DNA of 63,907 bases, counting the filler, from Collodictyon triciliatum (lineage: Eukaryota): assembly GCA_043381765.1 (NCBI GenBank). It is 13 parts of 13 records of this genome, joined end to end, with 100 filler letters (N's around TTAATTAATTAA, not from the genome) between each part and the next. Parts side by side here need not be neighbours in the genome. Positions count along the whole stretch, not along the records: positions 50,551 to 55,500 come from JBHJMP010005612.1; positions 55,601 to 60,549 come from JBHJMP010005613.1; positions 60,650 to 63,907 come from JBHJMP010005624.1; 10 more parts are not named here. One strand, written 5' to 3'. A program made the translations under genes and the position numbers. Shown here piece by piece: positions 50,787 to 62,149 of the stretch (position 1 is its first letter; every line of letters begins with the position of its first letter). The notes under the pieces are model-generated. The model did not search any database, was not told the DNA's origin, and saw only the letters and a program-made list of their open reading frames with translations.

Positions 50787-53700
50787 AAAAGTATCAGTGG
50801 GTAAGACATATCAATTTTTATTATTTCAAAGAATAGTATCTATTTAATTAATGCATAACAGAAAGAAACGAAAAAATTGGGAATGAGTTGTATTCTTTCT
50901 TTAATGCTAAATGGAATGTGATAACAAAATCATGATGATTAAAAAGCCATAGATCTGTCTGTATCCATCGCTCTGTGCCATCATCATTTTCCTTTCTACA
51001 TCAAAATTTCTTGACGCATGTAAAAGTGATGGAATCAAGGTATTATTGCTTTTTTTCAATAATTTTAAATTTTCAAAAACCGATAAGGGGCATATTTCTG
51101 TTACGAAGGAGGTTGCAGTCCAATGTTCAAGCATATATATGAGATTCATTCGTCATCAGTTGATGGCTGATTACAACGTGTGTGCCTGAACAGGTATTAA
51201 ATGATTATCACACTCACTTCAACCCTTCCGACACGACCGACGAATGAATTACATTACAAAGCACATACAATTTACGGATGGGGCACAAACCCTCTGTAAG
51301 TCGTTAATTAATAATGTTTGACATTTATATCTAATGACCCAAATTCTTGTGCTTCACAAATCCCCCGACGAAGCCAACAAGTCAAATAGAACATCCTCTC
51401 ATCATCGATTCATTCACGCAGGCTATCCTTGCCGGGTTAGGAAGCGTAGGTGGGCGTTGAGCGCGGCGTTGTGGAGCTCATTGGATAGCTCCGGCGCTCC
51501 ACGCAGCGAATATCTTTCTTATCCTGTGATGACCGAGGTCTGTAGATGCTCCACTGTTGGAATCCGTCCTCGCTAACAACTGAACCACTAAAGAGAGTCA
51601 CTTCATAAACTGGTAGAGTATTTTCCATCGGTTATACGCGGTTCCGTATCCCGGCTCTGTGGGGAGCAACCCCGTGGCTTCAGCACTGCTCCTGACAGTA
51701 GTGTCTATTGTGAGAAACAACGCACCCACCGGACGTGTTTCATTTGCAAACTAAACCCCTCAAATTTTTCATTTCCTTTGTTCTGTACACTGTTCGCATG
51801 TAGTTTATAGAATACAACAAAGAACAACAAAAAACACACACCAACCAAAAGATTTAGTCACAATCAATTTTGTCGTACTTTAATATTTATCTTTAACATT
51901 TACATTCCACATTAAATTTACAAATATGTCATGCCTAATCTATGAACTATCAATCACATATCGAGTAAACGCATCAAACCCAATCCGACCCAAACCTTTT
52001 TTTTTCCATCCTCATCCAGGCACTACTGCCAGGCAACCCTTGCTGGAACCACAGGTAAACTGCTCCTCATTGGGGCAAAGCCTTTGTACAAAAAGAGTCT
52101 TAATGAAGCTGTATGCAAACCTCGGTAACGTTAAGCCTGTGTAATCAGGGTTATCCGTTTATTCAAATTTCGTACCCATTTTTTTCGTTCTTTTCAAGGC
52201 GGGCGGTCACCAACCAGTCTCGAGTCTCGAGTGGAGCCAACCAGCAAATGTTGTCTGCAACCCGCAACCACTCCCTCAAGCAACGCAACGCATACCCACT
52301 CGCATACCTGCACCAATGAGCGCGCACACTCAGGCACACACAAAGCCCGAAGAACCACAAAGGCATTCCGCTGTGCCGGAATCGACAAAGTCTGCTTCAC
52401 AATATCACACTGGAGAATAGGAACTCGCTGCGGAAAAGATGAAAGGTTCGCTCACTCACTCCATATACAAGGAATGTAACACCCTCGCATGAAAAGAAAA
52501 AAGAAGTGAAAATAAACACGGGCGTTAATGGGGTGAAGAAGCATTTACTAACCAAGAAAGGAAAGTAGTAAATTCTGTGCCGTACAATTCTCACCATAAA
52601 TCTATTAATCTGTGGAATTTACATCATATACATATTTTGTAGTGAATGTCGAATGCTGTGTCATGCATATTCTGAATATTTGTAGCAGATATACACATCA
52701 TGCATCATTAGGAGATATCGCAACCGGTCCATTCTAGAATGTTCTGCCTTCCCAATCACCACACGAGCCACACATCGCACACGAGCGACACACACCCCAG
52801 TCCGTCCACTTATATGTTGAGATGGCCACACCTTCATTCGGGCGGAAGATTGGCAGGCCTGTATGGGATATTTAACCTTCGTCCATTCGAAATCACTGAT
52901 TCATTGCGCACTGCCACTCTTACTATCAGTCCACGTCACTCATCCGAAATGCGTGTCCTAATATCTGTGAACACAGCGGCACCATACTCACTCCAGCAAC
53001 ACTCGTCCTGTTAGGCCTGTCAAGTGCGGCCTCATGACAAATAAACACTGCAATGCACTAACACACAATCCAGTCCACTCACCCAAACCGCTGTTGCCTC
53101 ACTTCTGACACGATGGCTGACCAGAATGCGCTTTTAGATATGGCCCGAAGAATCGCCGGAGATGACAACACCACCTCCTTAAAAAGCACAAAGAGTCTAT
53201 GGCTCCGAACCAAAAATCTGACATCAGTTCCTCATGACGTTTTTTTGTTGACCGGTCTCTCTGAGCTTAATGTTGGCGACAATAAGTTGTCATCGCTGCC
53301 TGCACAAGTATCTTGTTTGACTGGTCTCACTTATCTAGACGTTGGCGACAATAAGTTGTCATCGCTGCCTGCACAAATATCTTGTTTGACCGGTCTCAAA
53401 TGGCTTAGTGTTAGGTTCAATCAGTTGCCATCACTGCCTGCGCAAATATCTTGTTTGGCTGATCTCGTTGTTCTTTATGTTCATGATAACCCGGTATGTT
53501 TTTATGGATTAGCTGTTTCCGTTCTTATTCATGTCGAAATGAGAAAGGTACTGAGACTGATACTTGCAGATGGAGGAGCTTCCACCAGAAATCACAGCGC
53601 TCACAAATCTCAAGTTTCTCTACATCAAAGGCAATCTTACTCAGACCATAAAGAGAGCGCCGCTTGGCATCACAGCTCTTCCACTGTGGAACAACACAGA

Positions 53701-53844
53701 GCAAATGGATTACCAACACATCCGTGCTCTGAAACTCTACGACTCCGTAAGCACACGTCCATCCACAACCTCCACATACACACAACATAGAACACGACTG
53801 ACAGAACTCTAGGTCGACACCACAGCAGAAGTCCGCAAGGCAGC

Positions 53845-53945
53845 CGAAGAAACCCGTAAGGGAGAAGAAACCCGTAAGGGAGAAGAAACCCGTAAGGAAG
53901 AAGAAACCCGTAAGGAAGAAGAAACCCGTGAGGAAGAAGAAACCT
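53845..53945 (+). repeat. 18-bp coding tandem repeat (GAAGAAACCCGTAAGGRA), about 5.5 copies
   Basis: Read directly; encodes EETRK(G/E). Confidence 0.9.
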
Positions 53946-54251
53946 TCGAGTAAGTTAATAGACGTACCTTTCTCATACAATTCGCCTGCTATCACCCCAA
54001 AGATACCTCTCACAATAAACCACTACAGCAGCAACCAGCCGCCTGGCCCTCGGAAAGTATACTGATCTGCTGACCACAGTCTTTAAGAAGCGGGAGAACA
54101 TCCTGGGCTGGTCTTCAGGCTTCGGGCTGGTCTTCAAGGCGCAGCTGAAGGCAAGCCTTTTCGCTGTCAAGAAGACTCTGACGCCATGGTTTCCCTGTCT
54201 CTGGACAGTGCAGACCCTGAGAAGGAGGGTAATATGATGCTCGAGCTGCAG

Positions 54252-54539
54252 ATTGCTGAAACACGCCCGCATTCTCCGCTACTCCGACCGCAAGCAAAGA
54301 GAGATGTGGGAATGTGTCGTGCGATATCTCCCACAGCACATCATACCCCTGCTTTCTACACAACCAATCAACCGGTTGGGTCGCCCACTTGACCAACTCG
54401 CTACCACTGACTTCTTTCCAGTGCTGGTTTCTCCACGGTATCGTTTCCTACTCGCTTTTGCTTTCTCCCATACGCACCAATCTCGCTCCTTTGTATGGCA
54501 TAACCTCGCTGCACTTTGAATCGAATAAAGGGGGAAAAA
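54252..54539 (+). mobile_element. 5'-truncated LINE (288 bp) inserted in the kinase N-lobe, perfect 18-bp TSD
   Basis: ATGATGCTCGAGCTGCAG at 54234-54251 and 54540-54557; open frame to WHNLAAL*TGA, then ATCGAATAAAGGGGGAAAAA. Confidence 0.96.
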
Positions 54540-55326
54540 ATGATGCTCGAGCTGCAGCACTCAAACATCCTGACGCTCTACGACTTTGGATTCCGCGGCA
54601 GAGACCTGCTCTTTGTCGCAGAGTTTGCGGACGGCGGAACGCTCTGCTTGTTTATTAAAAAGTACAAAGCACTAGGAAACGACCTGACCCTCAGGTACGG
54701 GCAGCACATCATCTAGGGACTCGCCTACCTGCACACGCGGCCAAGGCCCACCCAGCACCGCGACCTCAAGACCTAGAACGTCCTGCTTGTGAACGGCGTC
54801 TGGGTCAACTCGGTGAGCGGCTTCAACGGCTCAAAGGACTGGTTGCCGGCCGAGGTTTTTGAAGAAGGCAAGGATGTTGGTCTGTCCAGCGAGGTCTACT
54901 CGTACGGCGTGGTTTTCTGGTCCATGCTGAGCGGTGAGTATCCGCACGAAGGCATGACTAACGGCCAAGTCGGAGCCTGTCTGACCAGTGGTAAACTGCT
55001 TCCTCTTCCCACAACCTGTCCTTCTAACCTCGCAGCTCTTATCCACAAGTGCTGGGAAAAGGACTACGACATGTGCATCACTTCTCAACAGGTCGAGAAT
55101 GACCTCAAGGGCATCAACAGCAACCCCGTTGCTGTCCCGGTTGCTTCGAGGGCGGGCTCTGTTAGCGCACCTTGAACATTCAGGGGCTGACAGCTTACCC
55201 TGCGAGTAAGGCTGCCAACCCCAGGCTCATTCAAGGTTGTCGAGAGAATGAGATCACTGGGCGAGAATTCGTTCGGAAGGCTAACGCAGGCTTGAAGGAG
55301 TACGTCCCCGAGCTTAGAACCCTTCA

Positions 55327-55500
55327 TTTTTTCCCCCTTTATTCGATTCAAAGTGCAGCTAGGTTATTCCATACAAAGGAGCGAGATAGGAGCGCATGGT
55401 AGAGAGCAAACGCGAGTAGGGGAAGACACTACCGTGGAGAGGGTAGCACTGGAAAGAAGTCAGTGATAGCGAGTTGGTCAGGTGGGCGTCCCAACTGGTT
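55327..55500 (-). mobile_element. LINE 3' end inserted in the SAM-like region, cut by the contig end
   Basis: Inverted, closely similar copy of about 54370-54539. Confidence 0.93.
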
Positions 55501-55787
55501 NNNNNNNNNNNNNNNNNNNNNNNNNNNNNNNNNNNNNNNNNNNNTTAATTAATTAANNNNNNNNNNNNNNNNNNNNNNNNNNNNNNNNNNNNNNNNNNNN
55601 TGTTTGTTTGTTTGTTTGTTTGTTTGTTTGTTTGTTTGTTTGTTTGTTTGTTTGTTTGTTTGTTTGTTTGTTTGTTTGTTTGTTTGTTTGTTTTTCTTTT
55701 CGTTTTCGTTTTTTTTTCCGGTTTTTTTTCTTTGTTTTTTTCCCTTCACAATGAACATCAAACCTATTTACGCTGCTTAGCTTTTAG

Positions 55788-56258
55788 ATGGCCGTGGCAT
55801 CCCTACACAAACGTATTGATATATCTGTATTTACCAAAATGTGTTGCAGGTTATTGGAAGAGGGTCGTCGTGTGGAGGCCGTGATACAAGCAAAGTCCAA
55901 CCTATCAAAACTGGTGACCTTGTTCTCCCAATCCAGCCCAGGAAACTTTGAGAAGCTGTTAGAACCATTTATTCGTATCTTGAATTTCTCTGCCATTGTC
56001 AATCAAGCACTAGGAGACTCCAAGTTTGTGGATGCGTTGCTATCCAAACTAGAGAGCCCAAAGACGCACGTTGTTATTGCTTTGCTTAAGATGTTGACCT
56101 TGCTGTACGAGTACCACAAGCATCCGAAGGCATTCATCTCAAGATACAACTTATATCTGATCGTAAACAGCCTGAAGGAAAAAATGAAAGCGTCTGTTGT
56201 TGTGCAGGAAATGTGCAACCTGTTGCTTGCTAGCTTCAAGACCAATTCTGTGATTTAA
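55788..56258 (+). CDS. Last exon(s) of a Cdc15/SepA/MAP3K-epsilon-type kinase (ARM-like C-terminus)
   Basis: FEKLLEPFIRIL..S..VN.AL...LLKML..LYEYHKHPK.FI...VVVQEM...LL.SF..NSVI* resembles the conserved SepA/MAP3K-epsilon tail. Confidence 0.75.
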   Translation: MAVASLHKRIDISVFTKMCCRLLEEGRRVEAVIQAKSNLSKLVTLFSQSSPGNFEKLLEPFIRILNFSAIVNQALGDSKFVDALLSKLESPKTHVVIALLKMLTLLYEYHKHPKAFISRYNLYLIVNSLKEKMKASVVVQEMCNLLLASFKTNSVI

Positions 56259-56824
56259 AGAATCATGGCCGATTGGTTGCGTGTCCACCCGCTCATCTCC
56301 CAGGGATGAAACAATCCGAGATATATAAAAAAAAATGGAGAAAAATGGACGTAAATTTGTGAAGACAAAGAATTTTGTATATTCTTCCTTCTTTTTTTTT
56401 TTTTTTTTTTTTTTGCTTTGCTTTGTTTTGTTTTGTTGTTTATACTTGCATCAACTCTTCTTCCGAATCCCACATCACCCTGGTTGCAAGCACATCCGTT
56501 GGCCGCGCCGAGCGAAAGAGGCTCAAGGGCAGTGCGAGTAATTGGTCGATCATACCATATGTGGAAATTTGATCTGTCCCTCCTTTCGCCGAAGAGCCGC
56601 AGCATAGCCATGTCTTTGGGTTTGCCTGCTTCATAGGATTTTAGGCGAAACGAGGGAGTGACCTTGTGGTGTTGGAGGCTGAGGCTATAAATGCCTGGAG
56701 CAGGCGCCCTATTGAGATCGAATCGGAGCAAGTAGAAGGCCACACAGGCAATCGGCTCGGAGATAACCGGAACTGGAATGTAAAGAAGGCGAGAGTAAGA
56801 CGAGAACGCGGAGGGTACCTCCAT
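56255..56824 (-). CDS. Possible small spliced gene, divergent from the BRCT gene
   Basis: ATG GAG|GTACCC followed by further GT-AG-bounded segments; 105 bp from the BRCT gene ATG; no family recognised. Confidence 0.35.
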   Translation of the reverse strand: MEVPSAFSSYSRLLYIPVPVISEPIACVAFYLLRFDLNRAPAPGIYSLSLQHHKVTPSFRLKSYEAGKPKDMAMLRLFGERRDRSNFHIWYDRPITRTALEPLSLGAANGCACNQGDVGFGRRVDASINNKTKQSKAKKKKKKKRRKNIQNSLSSQIYVHFSPFFFIYLGLFHPWEMSGWTRNQSAMIL

Positions 56825-56929
56825 GGAAGTAGTAAACCAAGATGATTTTTTTTAAAATAAATAATTATACATCCCTTCGTCCCAGCGTCACTGCCAGAGC
56901 ACTACGTTGTGAATATCCAAGCACGTTAC

Positions 56930-59900
56930 ATGTCCGAGTTTAATTTTACTGAAGAATTGGACGCTTTTCCGGCGGATGTAGCCGTCGGTACCTACCAAAA
57001 ATCAGCCAAAGGGAACGTGAGTGACCCACCCGAATTACCTAAACCATAGCTATTGCGAAGAGAATGACCTTCAAGATTTCTTAAGCTTTCAACCCAAATG
57101 AATACACCAGAGTCCCAAGCCAGCCACATCACCTGGTGTCCCAGAAAACTCTGAAGTAGAAGATGCAAAGGCCAATGTATGCTTTGAAGTTGATTTTTAC
57201 TCTGCCTTCGCCATGAGCATCGCTAGATATAAAGAACTCTCGCATAGAAAAATAGTCATTTCTCATGTGATATCCTTTAGGGCTCGCTTTCAGTTCTGCT
57301 GAAAGGAAAGACTATAGTGATCTCCATCGACGGCGAGAACGCGAAAGAACTACCTGCCATCAAGTCGCGCCTTGAATCCATGGGTGCAAAAGTAACCACC
57401 AAAATCACGAAGCAAGTACAATTTGTCGTCTACAGCCACGGAAAGAAGGACCTTTTTCAGCAGGCGAGAAAGAATAGTATACCTGTGGTTAATCTGAAAT
57501 GGACCGAAAAGTACGTCGTCGCCAAGATTTGATGTTCATTCTAGAAGAAAAAAAAACACCGATAATTTTAAACTGAAAAATAATCAATATAAACCTGGCA
57601 AATAGATGCTATGAGGAAAAGAAGCTCATAGAGGTCGATGATTACTTAGTTTCCTCTCAGACGACATCCTCTCAACAAGAGAAAGAAGATGCAGTAAGTA
57701 TCGATACTATCGTGAACTACATATCATGATTTTGAAATTGAACTTCAAATTGTCTGAGCAGAAAAAGGAGGATGAGGGCGAGGACAAGACTGCCCCTGCT
57801 GCACCAGCTGAGCTTAAAGGAAAAGCTGTGGCAGGAAGCAAATTAAAGAGACCAGTTAGAGGAACAAATTCTGGAATCGATAAGGGTATCATCGCTATTT
57901 GTAATACTGCAAGTATTGATCTTGACAAAAAAAAAAGAGTATACCACTAACTTTTCTATGCACATTTGCTTGAATCTACCCTAGATGTGGGTGATGAACC
58001 CAAGGTATGTCACTCACAAACAAATCCACAGTTTTCATTTATCATGGGACAATTTATTTCATTTTCATTCCAGCAGATATCGCTCATAAATGTTGGCCTC
58101 ATGCTTGTGCAGGCAGACACAACTGAAGACGAGGCTTCAAGTAAGGCAGCGGAACAAAAGTCCAAGAAGCAAAAGCCCATAGGGGGTAACAGAGAACCTG
58201 AAACTGATCAGCCTATCTTGGGTGCAAAGAAGCAAGAGGAGAATGAAAAATCCTCCCTGTCATCAAAACCATCTTTGAAAGGGTTGAAGAAGTTGGTGAA
58301 GAAAGGTGAACCTGATGATGAGAAAGCGAGCAAGAAGGATGGAGCGAAAGGGAAGAAATCGGCCAAGGTAACAAAAGCAATCAAGAAAAGCGCACCAAAG
58401 AAGAAGGCGGCTCCGAGGAAGAACGGCTCTGCTGACGAGGCCGAAGCGGCAAGCGGTGGCGAGAGTGAAGGGGAAGATGCCGAGGGAGAAGGAGGCTTTC
58501 GAGAGTCCCAATTGTCTGACGATTCATCATTGTCGCCTTCAGAAGCTGGCTCGGTGATCAGGACGCTGTCGACAAAGAGTAACCGAAAAGTCGTGAATCC
58601 CAAGGTGTTTTTTTTTTTTTTCCAACTTGAACCGATTCTCTTTTGCTCGTATGTTTCAAGATTTCATCCAATTCTCATTTTACCCTCCTCGCTTCTTTTA
58701 TTTTTTTTTATATTTATTTATCCCCATATGTTGTATCTCAATCCATCAGGACTTTGTCATGAGTCTGTGATGCGCTAGCGTTCATTCTGACACCGTTTTC
58801 AATATTTCCTTTGTTCAGCCTTGTATTTTCGACACACATGCGAAAGTAAAAGATAAAGAAAAGAAAAGTGTAGGCATCCACATATACTCAGAGGTATTGT
58901 ACCATAGGCACAGCTTTCAAAAAGTGAGGGCCCGAGGATAGCCATATCAGGCTTGGATGCCACCGAAAAGTCAGTTTTGGGCGATGTTGTGCAGAGCCTT
59001 GGAGGCAAGGTAAGGTTTCTACAAGCCATATGATGCTTGTGAAGAAGTGGATGCAAAAAAAAAAAATAATAAGACTAAGAGCGAATGACACGACAGTATT
59101 TTTGTTCTTTCAAAAATCATATAAAAATCTTCTGTTATTTTTTTATTTTTATTCTTATTCAGGTCACTGAGAGAATCGACAGCCACACTACGCATCTTGT
59201 GACCGCACCGAAGCGGACAATCAAAGTTTTGACGGCAGCCGCCCAGGGTATGCGCATCCATCTTTGTCGATGATGTGTCTGCATTCTGATTCTTTCTTCT
59301 GCACGTATGCATGTACAAGAAACGACACGAGATTGTGAGACAAAGACACCAGTCAAGATAAAAGATAAAAGATGTATGTGTGTGTGTGTCTGAAGGCTCC
59401 ATGGGGATAGTTCAGTCAAACATACTGACAAACAAATCAATACCCAGGGATTTGGCTGCTCCAGCCATCGTGGATTTTTGCCTCTCTTGAAGAAGGAAAG
59501 TGGGCGGCAGAGCAAGGCCACGAAGTCGACTTTCTTCCCGGCCCTCGACTGCTGCGGACTCGACGAGGTTGATTTTGTGTTGTGGATGAGAGAAATAGAG
59601 AAAAGCGTGCGAGATGATTAGTTGGGGAAAATGTTGCAATTCATTTTATTTGTAGACCTGCCTCTTGCTGCTTATTCTATTTTTTTTTTTTTTTTTAAGA
59701 GTCGTTTGGTCGCTCTATATTTTATCGGGTGTTTTGACAAAGTGTGTGCGATTAAAATAATAATAATGGGAATCAATGGGTAACCATCCTGTAACAATAC
59801 CCCAGAGTCTGGAAAGGAGGGATTGTTGTGGGGAAAGAGCATCGTTGTCATTGGAGAGACGAATCCAGACAGCCAGGCCTTAGAAGATCTTGTTTTTGCC

Positions 59901-60459
59901 TGCGAGGGCGAGGTAAGCAAATTTTTCCCTTTTTTTTTTTAAAGAAAAAAATAATCACTTGTTACACACTTTCCGCTCGTAACTCATTCGTGCATTGTCA
60001 CTGTTTTCCGCTACTAGTATTTTACCCTGTCTCGCCTCCTCCTTTTTCTTTTCTCTCTCACCCTCTGCTCCCGCATTTGGAGAGCACACCAACAATCAAA
60101 CCACACAATCACAAAGACGCATTATTAGATTGCCGAATACGTCACAGACTGCAAATTGTGTATCGCAGCGGAATCCACACCCATTCCTGAGGACTTTGCG
60201 GGAATCCCTGTGGTGACCGAAAAAGTATTAGAATATGCCTTCATCTTCATCGGATTTGGTTCCATTTCATTTTATTTTCATTATTTTATGATTATCAAGT
60301 GACTTACGATTATTTGTTCTTTTTTTTTTTCTTCTCCCATCTGTCTCTCTTGTTGTGCAGTATTTGTTGGACTCGATTGCCCAGGGGACGCTTCTTCCAA
60401 TGAAGGATTACCGCCACCCTGGTTGGACAGACCAGAAGCCGGATGAGGCAGCCGAATAG
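56930..60459 (+). CDS. Microcephalin-like protein: N-terminal BRCT, K/E-rich linker, C-terminal tandem BRCT
   Basis: LESMGAKVTTKITKQVQFVVY...IPVVNLKWTEKC; IAISGLD..VQSLGG..TTHLVTAPKRTIKVL.AAAQGIWLLQPSWIFASL; PVVTEKYLLDSI; stop TAG 60457-60459. Confidence 0.85.
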
Positions 60460-60495
60460 TTTTTTTTTTTTTTTTTTTTTTTTGTTTTTAGACCC

Positions 60496-60533
<38 letters not shown>

Positions 60534-60649
60534 CCTACTTTTTTTTTTTNNNNNNNNNNNNNNNNNNNNNNNNNNNNNNNNNNNNNNNNNNNNTTAATTA
60601 ATTAANNNNNNNNNNNNNNNNNNNNNNNNNNNNNNNNNNNNNNNNNNNN

Positions 60650-60808
60650 TATCCCTTTATCCCTTTATCCCTTTATCCCTTTATCCCTTTATCCCTTTAT
60701 CCCTTTATCCCTTTATCCCTTTATCCCTTTATCCCTTTATCCCTTTATCCCTTTATCCCTTTATCCCTTTATCCCTTTATCCCTTTATCCCTTTATCCCT
60801 TTATCCCT
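60650..60808 (+). repeat. (TATCCCTT)n octamer, about 20 copies
   Basis: Read directly; at the contig start, apparently intronic. Confidence 0.95.
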
Positions 60809-60912
60809 TTTCTCTTTTTTTCTTTTAATTTATTGCTTTATTGCTCTATCGATATATATCTCCTCGAATCAGCGACATGCGATTTAAATATTTTAACCTG
60901 TATGCCCTTTAG

Positions 60913-62067
60913 ATACACATTTCTTCATCAGCTTTTATGGTTGGCCGTGAGCAAAAAGCTGTTTGAATCAGAAACGGCTGTTGCATCGGAAACGAGAGAG
61001 TATGGAGTTTGGTTATTAAAAACCTTTCCAGAGACATCTGATGATGTAATTATTGCCGAAATATGCTACGCTCTTAATGTTGGCGGGTTATTCGAACAGT
61101 TAGTTTTGTTCCTCCAAAAACCAGAGGTTTGCCAATTCGATATTGTACATATCAACTTCGTTTTAGTCTGATTTTTTTCTACACACAGGTTGTAGAAAAG
61201 TCATTAAATGGTCCCTTTCGATATGAATTTGTTGATTGTTGGAACTCACTTTCAAAAAGAGGTTATGACCACAAAGTCGTATATGCTGAATTAGTTAAGG
61301 TGCGCGAGAATACTTTTAGATGTTCACACCATTACCTTCCCCCCCCCCTTTATTCGATGCAAAGTACTCACACCAGTAACTGAATGAAGTTGGTTGGAAT
61401 ATGATACTACGAGCGTTTATAAAAACCTGAATATGAAACCATAAAGGAAACTGGTAAAGTGGGGGATGCTCTTCGATATTACTTTAGAGAAAAAGAAGAG
61501 CACGAATTCTTATTACCAGTTCTAGTCGAAAAAATAACTTCTAATCCAAAATGTATGTTATTTTAATTTTATTATTGTTATCCCATTGAGTAATATATCT
61601 CAAAAATTAAAAACAATACCTACAATAATAACAATAATGCCAACAACAACAACTTGCTTGAGTGTTTCACGTTCATCGATTCATATCGTAGCGGATGACG
61701 AAGGAAGCCTTTACTTTGTTGGTCAACTCTATCGCAAACAAAAAAGGTTATCTAATACTTGATTCATTTAATTTAAAAGTACATCGGACATGAAAACCAA
61801 GCTATTTTTCTTCCTGAAAAACTGAAATAGCTGCCATGGTTAAAGGTACGAAAAATCACTTGACTCCTTTGCAAGGTGTGTGGAACTCCGAAAAAGCATA
61901 TATGGACCAAAGCATCCAAAGGTCGTAGAAATATATGATGTCATGGGATCAATATGTATAGAAAGTCATAGGTTAGTCAATTACTTACATATTCAAAAGG
62001 ATTCACATCAGTGCCAATCAACACACCAACACATGCTTTATACATTGTTTTACTCTGAACATTAGTT

Positions 62068-62149
<82 letters not shown>

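Larger units (their letters stand above)
53113..55326 (+). pseudogene. LRR - charged repeat - TKL-type kinase - SAM-like gene, disrupted by three TAGs, frameshifts, loss of DFG and two LINE insertions
   Basis: 23-aa LRRs (LTGLTYLDVGDNKLSSLPAQISC); (EETRKE)n; GFGLVFK, AVKK, GLAYLH, HRDLKT*NVLL, VYSYGVV.W, LIHKCW; RENEITGREF..LKEY is SAM-like. Confidence 0.9.

Noticed and set aside
54229-54557. LINE insertion acting as a new intron (introner), since the TSD ends in CAG
   Set aside because: Using the nearby GT would delete 23 nt of the original coding sequence and shift the frame
4974-60649. Regular 5-kb periodicity, TTAATTAATTAA palindromes and apparent gene neighbourhoods across them
   Set aside because: Artificial linkers between similar-sized contigs; adjacency across them has no biological meaning
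61405-61446. In-frame TAA in the TPR gene
   Set aside because: A downstream in-frame acceptor (ATAAAG|GAA) places it in the intron
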